In this document: one piece after another, positions 45,305 to 53,347 of the stretch | How the letters are laid out: each line of letters opens with the position of its first letter | Numbering within the stretch: position 1 is the first letter of the stretch | NCBI GenBank assembly: GCA_963738155.1 | Contig: CAVTVG010000007.1 | Location: 249,834 to 313,833, forward strand | Length of the DNA: 64,000 bases | Reading direction: 5' to 3' | Source of the DNA: an uncultured Alphaproteobacteria bacterium | Lineage (GTDB): Bacteria > Pseudomonadota > Alphaproteobacteria > Rhizobiales > Xanthobacteraceae | Position numbers and translations under genes: made by a program | Notes under the pieces: model-generated | Seen by the model: the letters and a program-made list of their open reading frames with translations, nothing else | Databases searched by the model: none | Told to the model about the DNA's origin: nothing

Positions 45305-46276
45305 ATGAGCGCGTGGTTCAAACTGTCGGCGTTGACGGTTGTCGCGGCACAGATCGTCGCCGGTTTCGGCGTCAGCGCCTTTGCCAGCCCACCCGGGGGA
45401 ACGTCGCTTTGCAGCCGGCCGCCTCCTTACGTCGGCGACATCTCGACCATCACCGAGTCCACGCCTTTTGCCGGCTCCAAACTGTTTCGCCCCGATGATG
45501 GACGCCGCCATCTCTCCCTCATTCTGTTGCATGGGAGCGAAGGCGGTTCGGACCCGGAATTCGCCTGGTATGCCCGCCTCTGGTCCAAACTCGGCTACGC
45601 GGTGCTGGCTTATTGCTATTTCGATTGCGACCGCAAAGGCGATGCGCTTCCCGCCAGCTTGAAGAATGTCGAGACCTCCAAAGTATTGGACGCCGTCGGC
45701 TGGCTGAGGCGGCAACCCTTCGCCGACGGAAAGGTTGCGGTATTCGGCTTTTCCATGGGCGCCGAGATGGCGTTGATCGTCGGCAGCCTGGAGAGCGGTC
45801 AACACGCGCCGGACGCACTGATTGCCCACTCGCCCGGTCAATTCTTCGATCCGCCTTTCAATCCCAATTGGGTGAAGCCGAGCTGCTGGACGTGCATCGG
45901 TCAATGCAAGACGAAAGCTCCCCGCGACCCCGACCCAAACTTCAAGTGGCATCCGTACTGCGGTGCCGACACGCCGGATACGCTGGATGATGCGACGAGC
46001 GGTTGGCTGACTTACGGCAAGAGCGTGCCTTCGGGAACGCGAATTCCGATCGAAAAATTCGCTGGCCCCATCTTGCTCATTCAAGGCGAGAACGACACCG
46101 CCTGGCACGGCCGCGGTCAAACCCATGACGTCGAGGAGTCGCTGGAAAAATCCGGAAAATTTCCGACGACCTACTATTTTCCCGGCGCCGGGCATGACTT
46201 TGCGGGGACTGCGGACATGGGCTGCGAGATGCGGCTGGTTCAGGCCTATTTGCAAAAACTCGATCGGGCTCCGTGA
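45305..46276 (+). CDS. Secreted alpha/beta hydrolase (BAAT C-terminal / dienelactone hydrolase-like) with Cys-rich insert
   Basis: Signal peptide; HGSEGG, GFSMG, GEND, GAGH. Confidence 0.82.
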   Translation: MSAWFKLSALTVVAAQIVAGFGVSAFASPPGGTSLCSRPPPYVGDISTITESTPFAGSKLFRPDDGRRHLSLILLHGSEGGSDPEFAWYARLWSKLGYAVLAYCYFDCDRKGDALPASLKNVETSKVLDAVGWLRRQPFADGKVAVFGFSMGAEMALIVGSLESGQHAPDALIAHSPGQFFDPPFNPNWVKPSCWTCIGQCKTKAPRDPDPNFKWHPYCGADTPDTLDDATSGWLTYGKSVPSGTRIPIEKFAGPILLIQGENDTAWHGRGQTHDVEESLEKSGKFPTTYYFPGAGHDFAGTADMGCEMRLVQAYLQKLDRAP

Positions 46277-46402
46277 CATCATTGACGCGCCGGCCGCGGG
46301 TGGAGTCTTGCGATGGTCAGGGAATAAGGAACGTTTTATTGCGGACATGGTGATGCGATCCCGCGGCGCATCTGCGCCCGAGTGCTGAGAGCTAACTGAT
46401 CC

Positions 46403-46860
46403 CTCATTGATCATGAGGGCGCAGGGAATGCCGGGCGCTGGCCGCACCCGCAGGCCTCGTGGGCTGAAAAGGAAAGGTGCCCACAAGTCAGTACAGGTAG
46501 GCCGAAACGGTCCGGCACTCCCTGCGCAATGGCTTTACGGCTGCTCCGCGCTCTCCCCGGTGTATCGGGCTTTCTAGTCACCGTCGCGAATGGATCATCT
46601 CCATTCACTTGACCCCAGCATCGAGGGGACAGGACCACACGGCTTGACCGTACGCGACGCGCCGCACGTCTTGCGGCGCGACCGCGTCCATCGCAGCCCG
46701 CACCACGAATCGTGACGATCGCGAAACGCCCCTCATGCGGGCGGGATAACTTCGTTAAATCATAATTTCTGTCATTCGGAAAGAGGATTATTTTTGCGAT
46801 CCGGGCTTGACATGCGTTTCTGGAAACCCGCAGGTGTTTTGCCTGTCGTGTCGTGGAGGC
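46403..46860. repeat. ~450-bp multi-stem intergenic element (abundant Bradyrhizobiaceae-type long repeat)
   Basis: GCGCAGGGAATGCCGG (46419-34) pairs with CCGGCACTCCCTGCGC (46512-27); ends ATGAGGGCG / CGCCCCTCAT pair. I recall the sequence as multicopy in this genus; only one copy is in the window. Confidence 0.75.
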
Positions 46861-46999
46861 AACACTCGGCTGGATCCGGTCCGCCCGATCACATTTGCCG
46901 GAGGCAATGTCCGCTTTTGCCCATCGTCGGTGTTTTTCCTCAGGTCGGCTTTGTGCCCACAAGCAGACTCGTTGGCTGTGCAGCCCACTCGGCGACTCA

Positions 47000-47180
47000 T
47001 CAGCTCGCAGGATCGGCCAAAGGGTTGCTGTTTTTGTTTCCCCATCCAACCAGGCTCGAGCATCAGCCAAGCTATTTCACGCAGTGATCACGCGCCCGTG
47101 ACGCTTTCTTCGGATCACTGTCGGCGGCAGCCAGAACGACACAATTCGCCGCGTTCTTCCTCAGATCATGCTCACACCAG
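47000..47180 (-). pseudogene. Frameshifted remnant of a small rhizobial protein
   Basis: EHDLRKNAANCVVLAAADSDPKK in one frame, SLADARAWLDGE in another; family resemblance from memory. Confidence 0.3.
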
Positions 47181-47339
47181 CCGTCTTCGCGGAATAAACC
47201 GGTCGTTCAAACGCTGCATGCACAAAGCGGTTCCTGAGTTCGGCAGCCGACACAAGCGCGGTCGACCCTTTAAACACGTCCAAGATGGAACCAGCGGCCA
47301 CTGGAGGCTTTAACGGATCATCAGAGATCGTGAACGCCT

Positions 47340-48341
47340 ATGTTTTCCGCGACCTCCGTCATCGCACTCGCCTTTGCGCTCAGCCTGCTGGTGGCTATGA
47401 CCACTTTCGGTGTTGCGCAGATCGAGGCTGCGCATCCGCCAGCCGGTCAGTTTATAGAGATAGGAGACGTCAGGCTGCACGTCGCCGAGCTCGGTCTTGC
47501 GCGCGGAAGCCAAGGCGCTGAACCCGCCGTCGTTTTGATCCACGGCGCAAGCGGAAATATGGAAGACATGCGGCTCGCGCTCGGCGCAAAACTCGTGAAG
47601 TCGCATCGCGTCATACTGATCGATCGCCCGGGCCACGGTTGGAGCTCGCGGCCGGCGGGTGACGCTTATGCTTCGCCCGCGCATCAGGCGAGATTGGTCG
47701 CAGAGGCTCTTCGGCGGCTGGGGGTCAGGCGCGCAATCCTGGTGGGCCACTCTTGGGGTGGTGCGTTAGCGACCGCCTATGCCATTGCGTTCCCCGACCG
47801 CACGGCCGGTCTCGTTCTGCTGTCCGCGGTTACCCACCCCTGGGCCGCCGATCCCGGGTGGTACAACAACCTCGCCTCGTTGCGCGGCATTGGCCCGGTC
47901 TTTCTGCAGACGCTAGTTTATCCATTGGGGTTGCTCCTCATTGACGGCGTGTCACGCAGCGTGTTCGAACCCCAGATCGAGCCCCCCGACTACGTGCGGA
48001 GGGCCGCCATTCGGCTTGTGCTGCGTCCGAAGACATTCTTTGCCAACGCGCGCGACCTGGCCCTGCTCACCGATTTCATCACCGCCCAGGTGCCGAGCTA
48101 CGTCAAGTTGCGTTCGCCGACCATCATCATCACCGGCGACTGCGATCCCCTGGTGTCGCCAAAAATAAATGCATGCGCACTCGCTGCAACATTACCGCGT
48201 GCCAAGCTGGTCATTCTCAAAGGCGTTGGGCACATGCCGCACCATGCGGCTCCTGAAGCCGTGGTAGCAGCTATAGATGAACTCGCGCCGGGCATATCGA
48301 GCGAATGCGGCTCGCACTCCGAGCAACCTGTAGCGAGTTAG
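47340..48341 (+). CDS. Alpha/beta hydrolase with N-terminal anchor
   Basis: HGASG, DRPGHG, GHSWGG, VGHMPHH. Confidence 0.9.
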   Translation: MFSATSVIALAFALSLLVAMTTFGVAQIEAAHPPAGQFIEIGDVRLHVAELGLARGSQGAEPAVVLIHGASGNMEDMRLALGAKLVKSHRVILIDRPGHGWSSRPAGDAYASPAHQARLVAEALRRLGVRRAILVGHSWGGALATAYAIAFPDRTAGLVLLSAVTHPWAADPGWYNNLASLRGIGPVFLQTLVYPLGLLLIDGVSRSVFEPQIEPPDYVRRAAIRLVLRPKTFFANARDLALLTDFITAQVPSYVKLRSPTIIITGDCDPLVSPKINACALAATLPRAKLVILKGVGHMPHHAAPEAVVAAIDELAPGISSECGSHSEQPVAS

Positions 48342-48405
48342 CAATAGCTCCACCATGCCCGCTTCGGGGTCAATGGATGACATTAGACGCCAAACTGTGA
48401 TACCC

Positions 48406-48546
48406 TTACTTCTTGTCCTCCACGGCACGGTCGATTTCAATTCTAGCGAATTTGATTGCCAACGCTCGGCTTACCCGCGTGACGCCGGATTTGTTTTTGC
48501 CGTCGCCGAATTTCACTTCCCATCGCCAACTGGATGCGACCTCCAC
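48406..48546 (-). CDS. 46-aa small ORF or 5'-truncated remnant
   Basis: VEVASSWRWEVKFGDGKNKSGVTRVSRALAIKFARIEIDRAVEDKK; GTG start without a clear RBS; bracketed by two repeat motifs. Confidence 0.4.
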   Translation of the reverse strand: MEVASSWRWEVKFGDGKNKSGVTRVSRALAIKFARIEIDRAVEDKK

Positions 48547-48614
48547 TAATCAAATTCGAACGACCGCAAGAAGTCCGCTTTCTGCACCAATGTCGGGAAC
48601 GTCTGGAGGGCTTG

Positions 48615-49397
48615 ATGATCTATCTCAGGATCGCCCTGGTTGGTTTTACTTTGATGACAGCCATGCGCGCCGATGGTGCGGATGCCGCCGAAATCAGAAT
48701 TCTGTCATCCGGCTCCATGAAGGCTGCACTGTCCCAACTCCTCCCGGACTTTCAAAAGTCATCCGGTAACGCGGCAATCATCGAATATGGTCCGGCAGGC
48801 GCAATTGCGGTCCGGATTGACAAGGGTGATGCCGCGGATGTGGTCATCGTATCCAGATCGCAGCTTCAAAGGCTTGAGAGCAATGGCAAGGTCGTGCAGG
48901 GGAGTCTCGTCAACATTGCGGGTATTTCGCTTGGCGTGGCCGTGCGCAAGGGAGCGCCCAAACCGGACATCAGCAATGTCGAGGCATTCAAACGGGCCCT
49001 GCTCTCGGCCCGGTCGATCGGCTATCGCGATCCGATAACGGGTTCGACGTCCGGGACCTATGCGGCGAGCTTGCTCGACCGGCTCGGCCTCGCACAGGAC
49101 TTGAAGCCGAAGCTTATTCTGGACAGATCGGAGGGCGATGCTCCCGAGAACGTGTTCCTCGGAGTTGCGAACGGCGAAATTGAAATGCAAATCGGCCAAA
49201 TCACGGAGATTGCCATCGCGCCCGGCGTCGATCTTGCAGGTCCCCTCCCCGGCGAAATTCAGAACACCACCTTGATGGCAGCCGGAATTATGACGACCAG
49301 TAAGGCGCCGGACGCCGCCAAGGCGTTCATTGGCTTCATATCATCGCCCTCCGCCGTCGCCGTCTTGAAGGCGAGCGGATTCCAGCCGGTCGAGTGA
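48615..49397 (+). CDS. ModA-like (SBP_bac_11) periplasmic substrate-binding protein, orphan
   Basis: Signal peptide; LSSGSMKAAL, KPDIS..EAFKRALL.ARSI, GSTSG, QITEI..PGV..AGPLP. Confidence 0.85.
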   Translation: MIYLRIALVGFTLMTAMRADGADAAEIRILSSGSMKAALSQLLPDFQKSSGNAAIIEYGPAGAIAVRIDKGDAADVVIVSRSQLQRLESNGKVVQGSLVNIAGISLGVAVRKGAPKPDISNVEAFKRALLSARSIGYRDPITGSTSGTYAASLLDRLGLAQDLKPKLILDRSEGDAPENVFLGVANGEIEMQIGQITEIAIAPGVDLAGPLPGEIQNTTLMAAGIMTTSKAPDAAKAFIGFISSPSAVAVLKASGFQPVE

Positions 49398-49441
49398 CGC
49401 ATCCGGCGGAGGGAGGGAGGCTGAGCGCCTCGGCAGCCGTC

Positions 49442-50008
49442 TCAGCACCCTTTGCAGATGCTGTGCAGTCTGTTGTTCAACAAGCGGTCGTAGTCCTGCA
49501 CGTTCGGCTGGAAGGCTTTTGCATCGAAGCGCGCGCCGCGTCCTCCTCGCCCGCCGTGTTCGACCGGCATGGGCAGACCTTGGACAACCTGAATGTTGGG
49601 CGATGCGCTTTGATGGAGTGCGTCATCGAAGCTTTTGAACGCGTCGGAGTTCTTCCAGGCCTCCGCCTGATCCGAAGTGTCGAACCGGATCATCAGAAGG
49701 TGCTCAGGGGGAGAAGAACCTTCCCAGGACACCGGTTTGTCCGCGTCCACGACCACGCGGCCGGTGAACGATGCCAGCGTCGCAACCAATTTATCCCGCG
49801 TTGACTTGAACGCGTCCGCATTGGTGATCGAAGAAACCGTGACCATCACATAGGCCGGCATCTCCAATGCGTCGTGCTCCGTTGCGGCGCCTCCGTGGAT
49901 CCGAAATCCGCCCCCACCATGCATGAAGCCGCCCCGAGCCGCCGCCAGAGCGGTTCCCGCCAACGAGCTGGACAGTGTCACTAGTGCGAAGATCGCCACG
50001 CGCATCAT
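49442..50008 (-). CDS. Secreted DUF1330-like protein with Gly-rich N-terminus and ICKGC tail
   Basis: Signal peptide; AYVMV...FTGR...LLMIRFDTSDQAEAWKNS; C-terminal LHSICKGC. Confidence 0.7.
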   Translation of the reverse strand: MMRVAIFALVTLSSSLAGTALAAARGGFMHGGGGFRIHGGAATEHDALEMPAYVMVTVSSITNADAFKSTRDKLVATLASFTGRVVVDADKPVSWEGSSPPEHLLMIRFDTSDQAEAWKNSDAFKSFDDALHQSASPNIQVVQGLPMPVEHGGRGGRGARFDAKAFQPNVQDYDRLLNNRLHSICKGC

Positions 50009-50228
50009 TCGTGAAAGATTGCTGGTTCCAGAATTGAGCGGCATCACTTCCCTCGCGTCGATACTTTCTTACATCGCATTGCTCGCCACCACGACCTTGT
50101 GCAGGCCTCACAACAAGAGTTCTTGCATCAACTCGTTTCACACCGGGGTGAACGCTTCATCGGAACAGGAACGTTGCCGGATGGTCAGAGCTTATGGGGC
50201 CGATGATAACAAAAGATCGGAGGAACTC

Positions 50229-50714
50229 ATGAGAAGACTATCAATCATTGGTGCGGTCGCAATTGCTGCATCGCTCGCCGCTATCCCGTCGATGGCGCAA
50301 GCCGCGGGCTGCGCGCTGTACGATCCGAATTGCGCGACCTATCCGACGCCCAAGAATGAGGCTGGCGCCGATCGCGCTGCCGTCAGGGCGGATGTCGGGG
50401 AACAACGGACCTATCGTTCCGCCCCTCGCAACATGCGCGTTGAACGCCACGCCGCCGTGAGAGACCGCGATTACGCCGACCGTTCTAACGATCGAGGCCC
50501 CGGGCCGGGCGCCGTGGTTGGCGGAGCGGTAGGAGCCGCGGTCGGCACCGCCGGCGCGATCGCAACGGCGCCGTTCCGGGCGGCCAATTCGTACGCCTAC
50601 TATGACGAAGGGTATGGCTGGCCGCAGCAAAGCTATGCCGAGCGCAACGGGTTTGTTTGTACGCCCGGAACCTACTTCACAGGGTTCGACGGCCAGCGGC
50701 ACATCTGCCAGTGA
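50229..50714 (+). CDS. Secreted glycine-zipper hypothetical protein
   Basis: RBS GGAGGA; GAVVGGAVGAAVGTAGAIATAPF; NGFVCTPGT...RHICQ. Confidence 0.8.
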   Translation: MRRLSIIGAVAIAASLAAIPSMAQAAGCALYDPNCATYPTPKNEAGADRAAVRADVGEQRTYRSAPRNMRVERHAAVRDRDYADRSNDRGPGPGAVVGGAVGAAVGTAGAIATAPFRAANSYAYYDEGYGWPQQSYAERNGFVCTPGTYFTGFDGQRHICQ

Positions 50715-50736
50715 TCGACCAAGTTCAATCGGCATG

Positions 50737-50794
50737 AAAGAGGCGGCTGCAGCCGCCTCTTTCTCTTTCAAATCTTGTTCTCTTTCAAATCTTG
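50737..50794. terminator. Palindromic terminator followed by a 17-bp tandem duplication
   Basis: AAAGAGGCGGCTGCAGCCGCCTCTTT (perfect 26-bp palindrome); TTCTCTTTCAAATCTTG twice (50761-77, 50778-94). Confidence 0.8.
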
Positions 50795-50828
50795 CAGCCG
50801 ACCAGCCCGGACACGTCCCTCGCCTCGC

Positions 50829-51341
50829 CTAGCAGTTGCCGCCCCCGAAAACATCCGCTGATCCAGTATTGCCGGCCGTCGATGGCATGGCGCCCTGACA
50901 GCGCGAGCCTGAAGACGTGCCGCTCGCACTGCCAGTCCCCGACGCGGCGGTTTGTGCATTGACGCCGGTGCCTGCTTCCGGTGCCCTTATCGTGGCCGTC
51001 GACCCTGCTTCCGCAGGAATCTGGTAGGTGAGGCCGCCGAGCGGATCGGAGGCGCAGCCGAACGCCGTAAGATCGGCACTCAGCGACACCCCAAAGGGAC
51101 AGGGAACCGCTACGGGCCCGACACCACCGAAACCTCCATTTGTTGCGCCGGTCGCTCCCTGGCCGGACGGCACGATTGCGCCTGTCACCGTGCTTGCCGA
51201 GTTCGCCGGCGCATTGGCCAGAGTGCCGGTTTGGGCGCTGATTTGAGCGGCCTGTTGCGTGTTTGCAGACGAGCCAGTCTGCGCGCGAACCCCACATGTG
51301 CCAAGCAGGAGACTGAGGGCGAGGATAAGCGTTCGTCTCAT
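50829..51341 (-). CDS. Secreted low-complexity Gly/Ser/Thr/Ala-rich protein with Cys pairs
   Basis: MRRTLILALSLLLG signal; VPCPF..FGCAS; SRCQG..GGNC. Confidence 0.6.
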   Translation of the reverse strand: MRRTLILALSLLLGTCGVRAQTGSSANTQQAAQISAQTGTLANAPANSASTVTGAIVPSGQGATGATNGGFGGVGPVAVPCPFGVSLSADLTAFGCASDPLGGLTYQIPAEAGSTATIRAPEAGTGVNAQTAASGTGSASGTSSGSRCQGAMPSTAGNTGSADVFGGGNC

Positions 51342-51571
51342 TGAGATGTCCACTTGCGTCGAGCGGTCAAAGTCAGTGATCGCTCCGGATGCCCGTTGTC
51401 CAAACTCATGAGATGGCGCAGCCGTTCCGGAGTGCGACCGGCTTCGAGGACGGCAACTCGTCCGACTCGGGTCTGCCCTGCCCTCCAGGCCGGACACTCC
51501 GGTTTCGACTGCCTCCGTCTTGACGGCACCACCTCCATTGGCCAGCGTCTATCCTCGCGAAAGGAACGCTG

Positions 51572-52663
51572 ATGCCCGTCAAAATCATCGGAATGATCGG
51601 CGTGGCGCCGCCGAGCGGCGAAGCCACCCTGCACGTGATCGAGGGCGGCCTGTCGCCGTCCTATCTCACCGAATTTGCCCGCGCCCATGACCGGGCCGGC
51701 TTCGACATGGTGCTGGTCGGCTATTCGTCTTCGTCGGCGGAAGGATTTTTGGTCGCACTCTATGCGGCCATGCAGACGGATCGGCTCGGCTATCTCGTCG
51801 CGCATCGTCCCGGATTCGTGTCGCCGACCTTGCTGGCGCGCAAGATCGCCACCTTCGATCATCTGACGGGCGGCAGGCTCGCAATTCACATCATCACCGG
51901 CAAGTCGGATGACGAACAGCATGGCGACGGCGATTTCACCCCAAAGGACGAGCGCTATCGGCGGGCGGCGGAATATCTGGAATTGATGAAGCTCGCCTGG
52001 TCGAGCGACAAACCGTTCGATTTCGCGGGTGACTTCTATCGGGTGGAGGGTGCACACTCCGATGTGCGCCCGCTGCAACAGCCGCATCCTCCGCTGTTCT
52101 TCGGCGGCGCTTCGCCCGGCGCGCTCGAGATGGGCGCGAGACTATGCGACGTCTACGCGATCTATGCCGAGCCGCTGGCCTCGACGCGCGACCGCATCGC
52201 GCAGTTCCGCAAGCAGGCGGCGGCGTTCGGACGGGTGATAGGGTTCAACGTCTCGGTTCGTCCCATCATCGCCGACACCGAGGCAGCCGCGTGGGACAAG
52301 GCCAAACGCATTCTGGGGGCGATGAACGCGGCGAAGGGATGGAGGCGGCAGGAAGAGGCAACCGGCCCGATCGACAATGCCGGCAAGCGGCTGATGGGGT
52401 TCGCTCTGGAGAGCGATATCCACGACGAGCGTCTGTGGATGCCGATTGCGAAGGCGACCGGCGCGCTCGGCAACACCTCCTGTCTCGTCGGCACGCCGGA
52501 ACAGGTCGCCGAGTCGATCCTCAAATATTACCGGCTGGGGATCGGCTCGTTCCTGATCCGCGGCTTCGATCCGATGAACGATGCGCTCGAATTCGGCAGA
52601 GAACTCATCCCGCGCATCAAGGCGGGCGCCGCCGCGATCGACGGCCTGAAGGCAGCCGAATGA
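51572..52663 (+). CDS. LLM-class flavin-dependent monooxygenase (SsuD-like)
   Basis: LVAHRPGF, ATFDHLTGGRL, DFAGDFY, PLFFGGAS, LVGTPEQVA. Confidence 0.92.
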   Translation: MPVKIIGMIGVAPPSGEATLHVIEGGLSPSYLTEFARAHDRAGFDMVLVGYSSSSAEGFLVALYAAMQTDRLGYLVAHRPGFVSPTLLARKIATFDHLTGGRLAIHIITGKSDDEQHGDGDFTPKDERYRRAAEYLELMKLAWSSDKPFDFAGDFYRVEGAHSDVRPLQQPHPPLFFGGASPGALEMGARLCDVYAIYAEPLASTRDRIAQFRKQAAAFGRVIGFNVSVRPIIADTEAAAWDKAKRILGAMNAAKGWRRQEEATGPIDNAGKRLMGFALESDIHDERLWMPIAKATGALGNTSCLVGTPEQVAESILKYYRLGIGSFLIRGFDPMNDALEFGRELIPRIKAGAAAIDGLKAAE

Positions 52664-52723
52664 TTTCGTCCATTGGCAGTTCGACACGGATGCCCGTTAA
52701 GGGTCAGGCATGACGAAGACCGC

Positions 52724-53254
52724 TCAGATCGCAGCTCTCGTCAAACCCACCCTCATGTCCTTCGCCAGATAGACACAGGTTTCATCGGCGAGCACGCGGC
52801 CGTCGGCAATTCCAAGAACAAGCCTGCCCCGTCTTGCCTGGCGCATATTGACCTCGTAGCGCACCAGACGTGTCTCCGGCGTCACCTGCCCGCTGAACTC
52901 CACTTCGCCAACTCCGATCGCGCGACCTTTGCCCGGCGAGCCGGACCAGCCAAGCCAGTAGCCGATCATCTGCCACATAGCGTCCAAACCCAGGCTCGCC
53001 GGCATCATCTCATCGCCGGAAAAGTGGCAATTGAAAAACCAGAGTGACGGCGAAATGTCCAGTTCGCCGACGACGTGACCCTTTCCGTACCGACCGCCGT
53101 CCACGCTGATCTCTGTAATGCGGTCCATCATCAGCATGGGAGGTGCCGGCAACTGCGCATTGCCAGCGCCGAAATAACCTCCTTCGCTCGACTTCAGCAG
53201 TTCCTGCTTCGTGTATGACGATTGCGGAATGTGAAAATCATGGGGATCGGTCAA
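52724..53254 (-). CDS. fabA: FabA-type 3-hydroxyacyl-ACP dehydratase/isomerase, orphan copy
   Basis: NAQLPAPPMLMMDRI, WFFNCHF (His), LGLDAMWQ (Asp), GKGRAIGVGEVEFSGQV. Confidence 0.9.
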   Translation of the reverse strand: MTDPHDFHIPQSSYTKQELLKSSEGGYFGAGNAQLPAPPMLMMDRITEISVDGGRYGKGHVVGELDISPSLWFFNCHFSGDEMMPASLGLDAMWQMIGYWLGWSGSPGKGRAIGVGEVEFSGQVTPETRLVRYEVNMRQARRGRLVLGIADGRVLADETCVYLAKDMRVGLTRAAI

Positions 53255-53347
53255 CGGAATATCCCTTGTGATGAACGCGCGTCAGCGGCCGAGTGAGTTG
53301 CCGCATCCTCATTACTCGCTGCCAAAGCGAAGCGGATGCCGCAAAAT

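Noticed and set aside
46411-47313. Several 80-220 aa ORFs across the long repeat
   Set aside because: They cross a structured non-coding element and a probable pseudogene; atypical composition and no recognisable domains.
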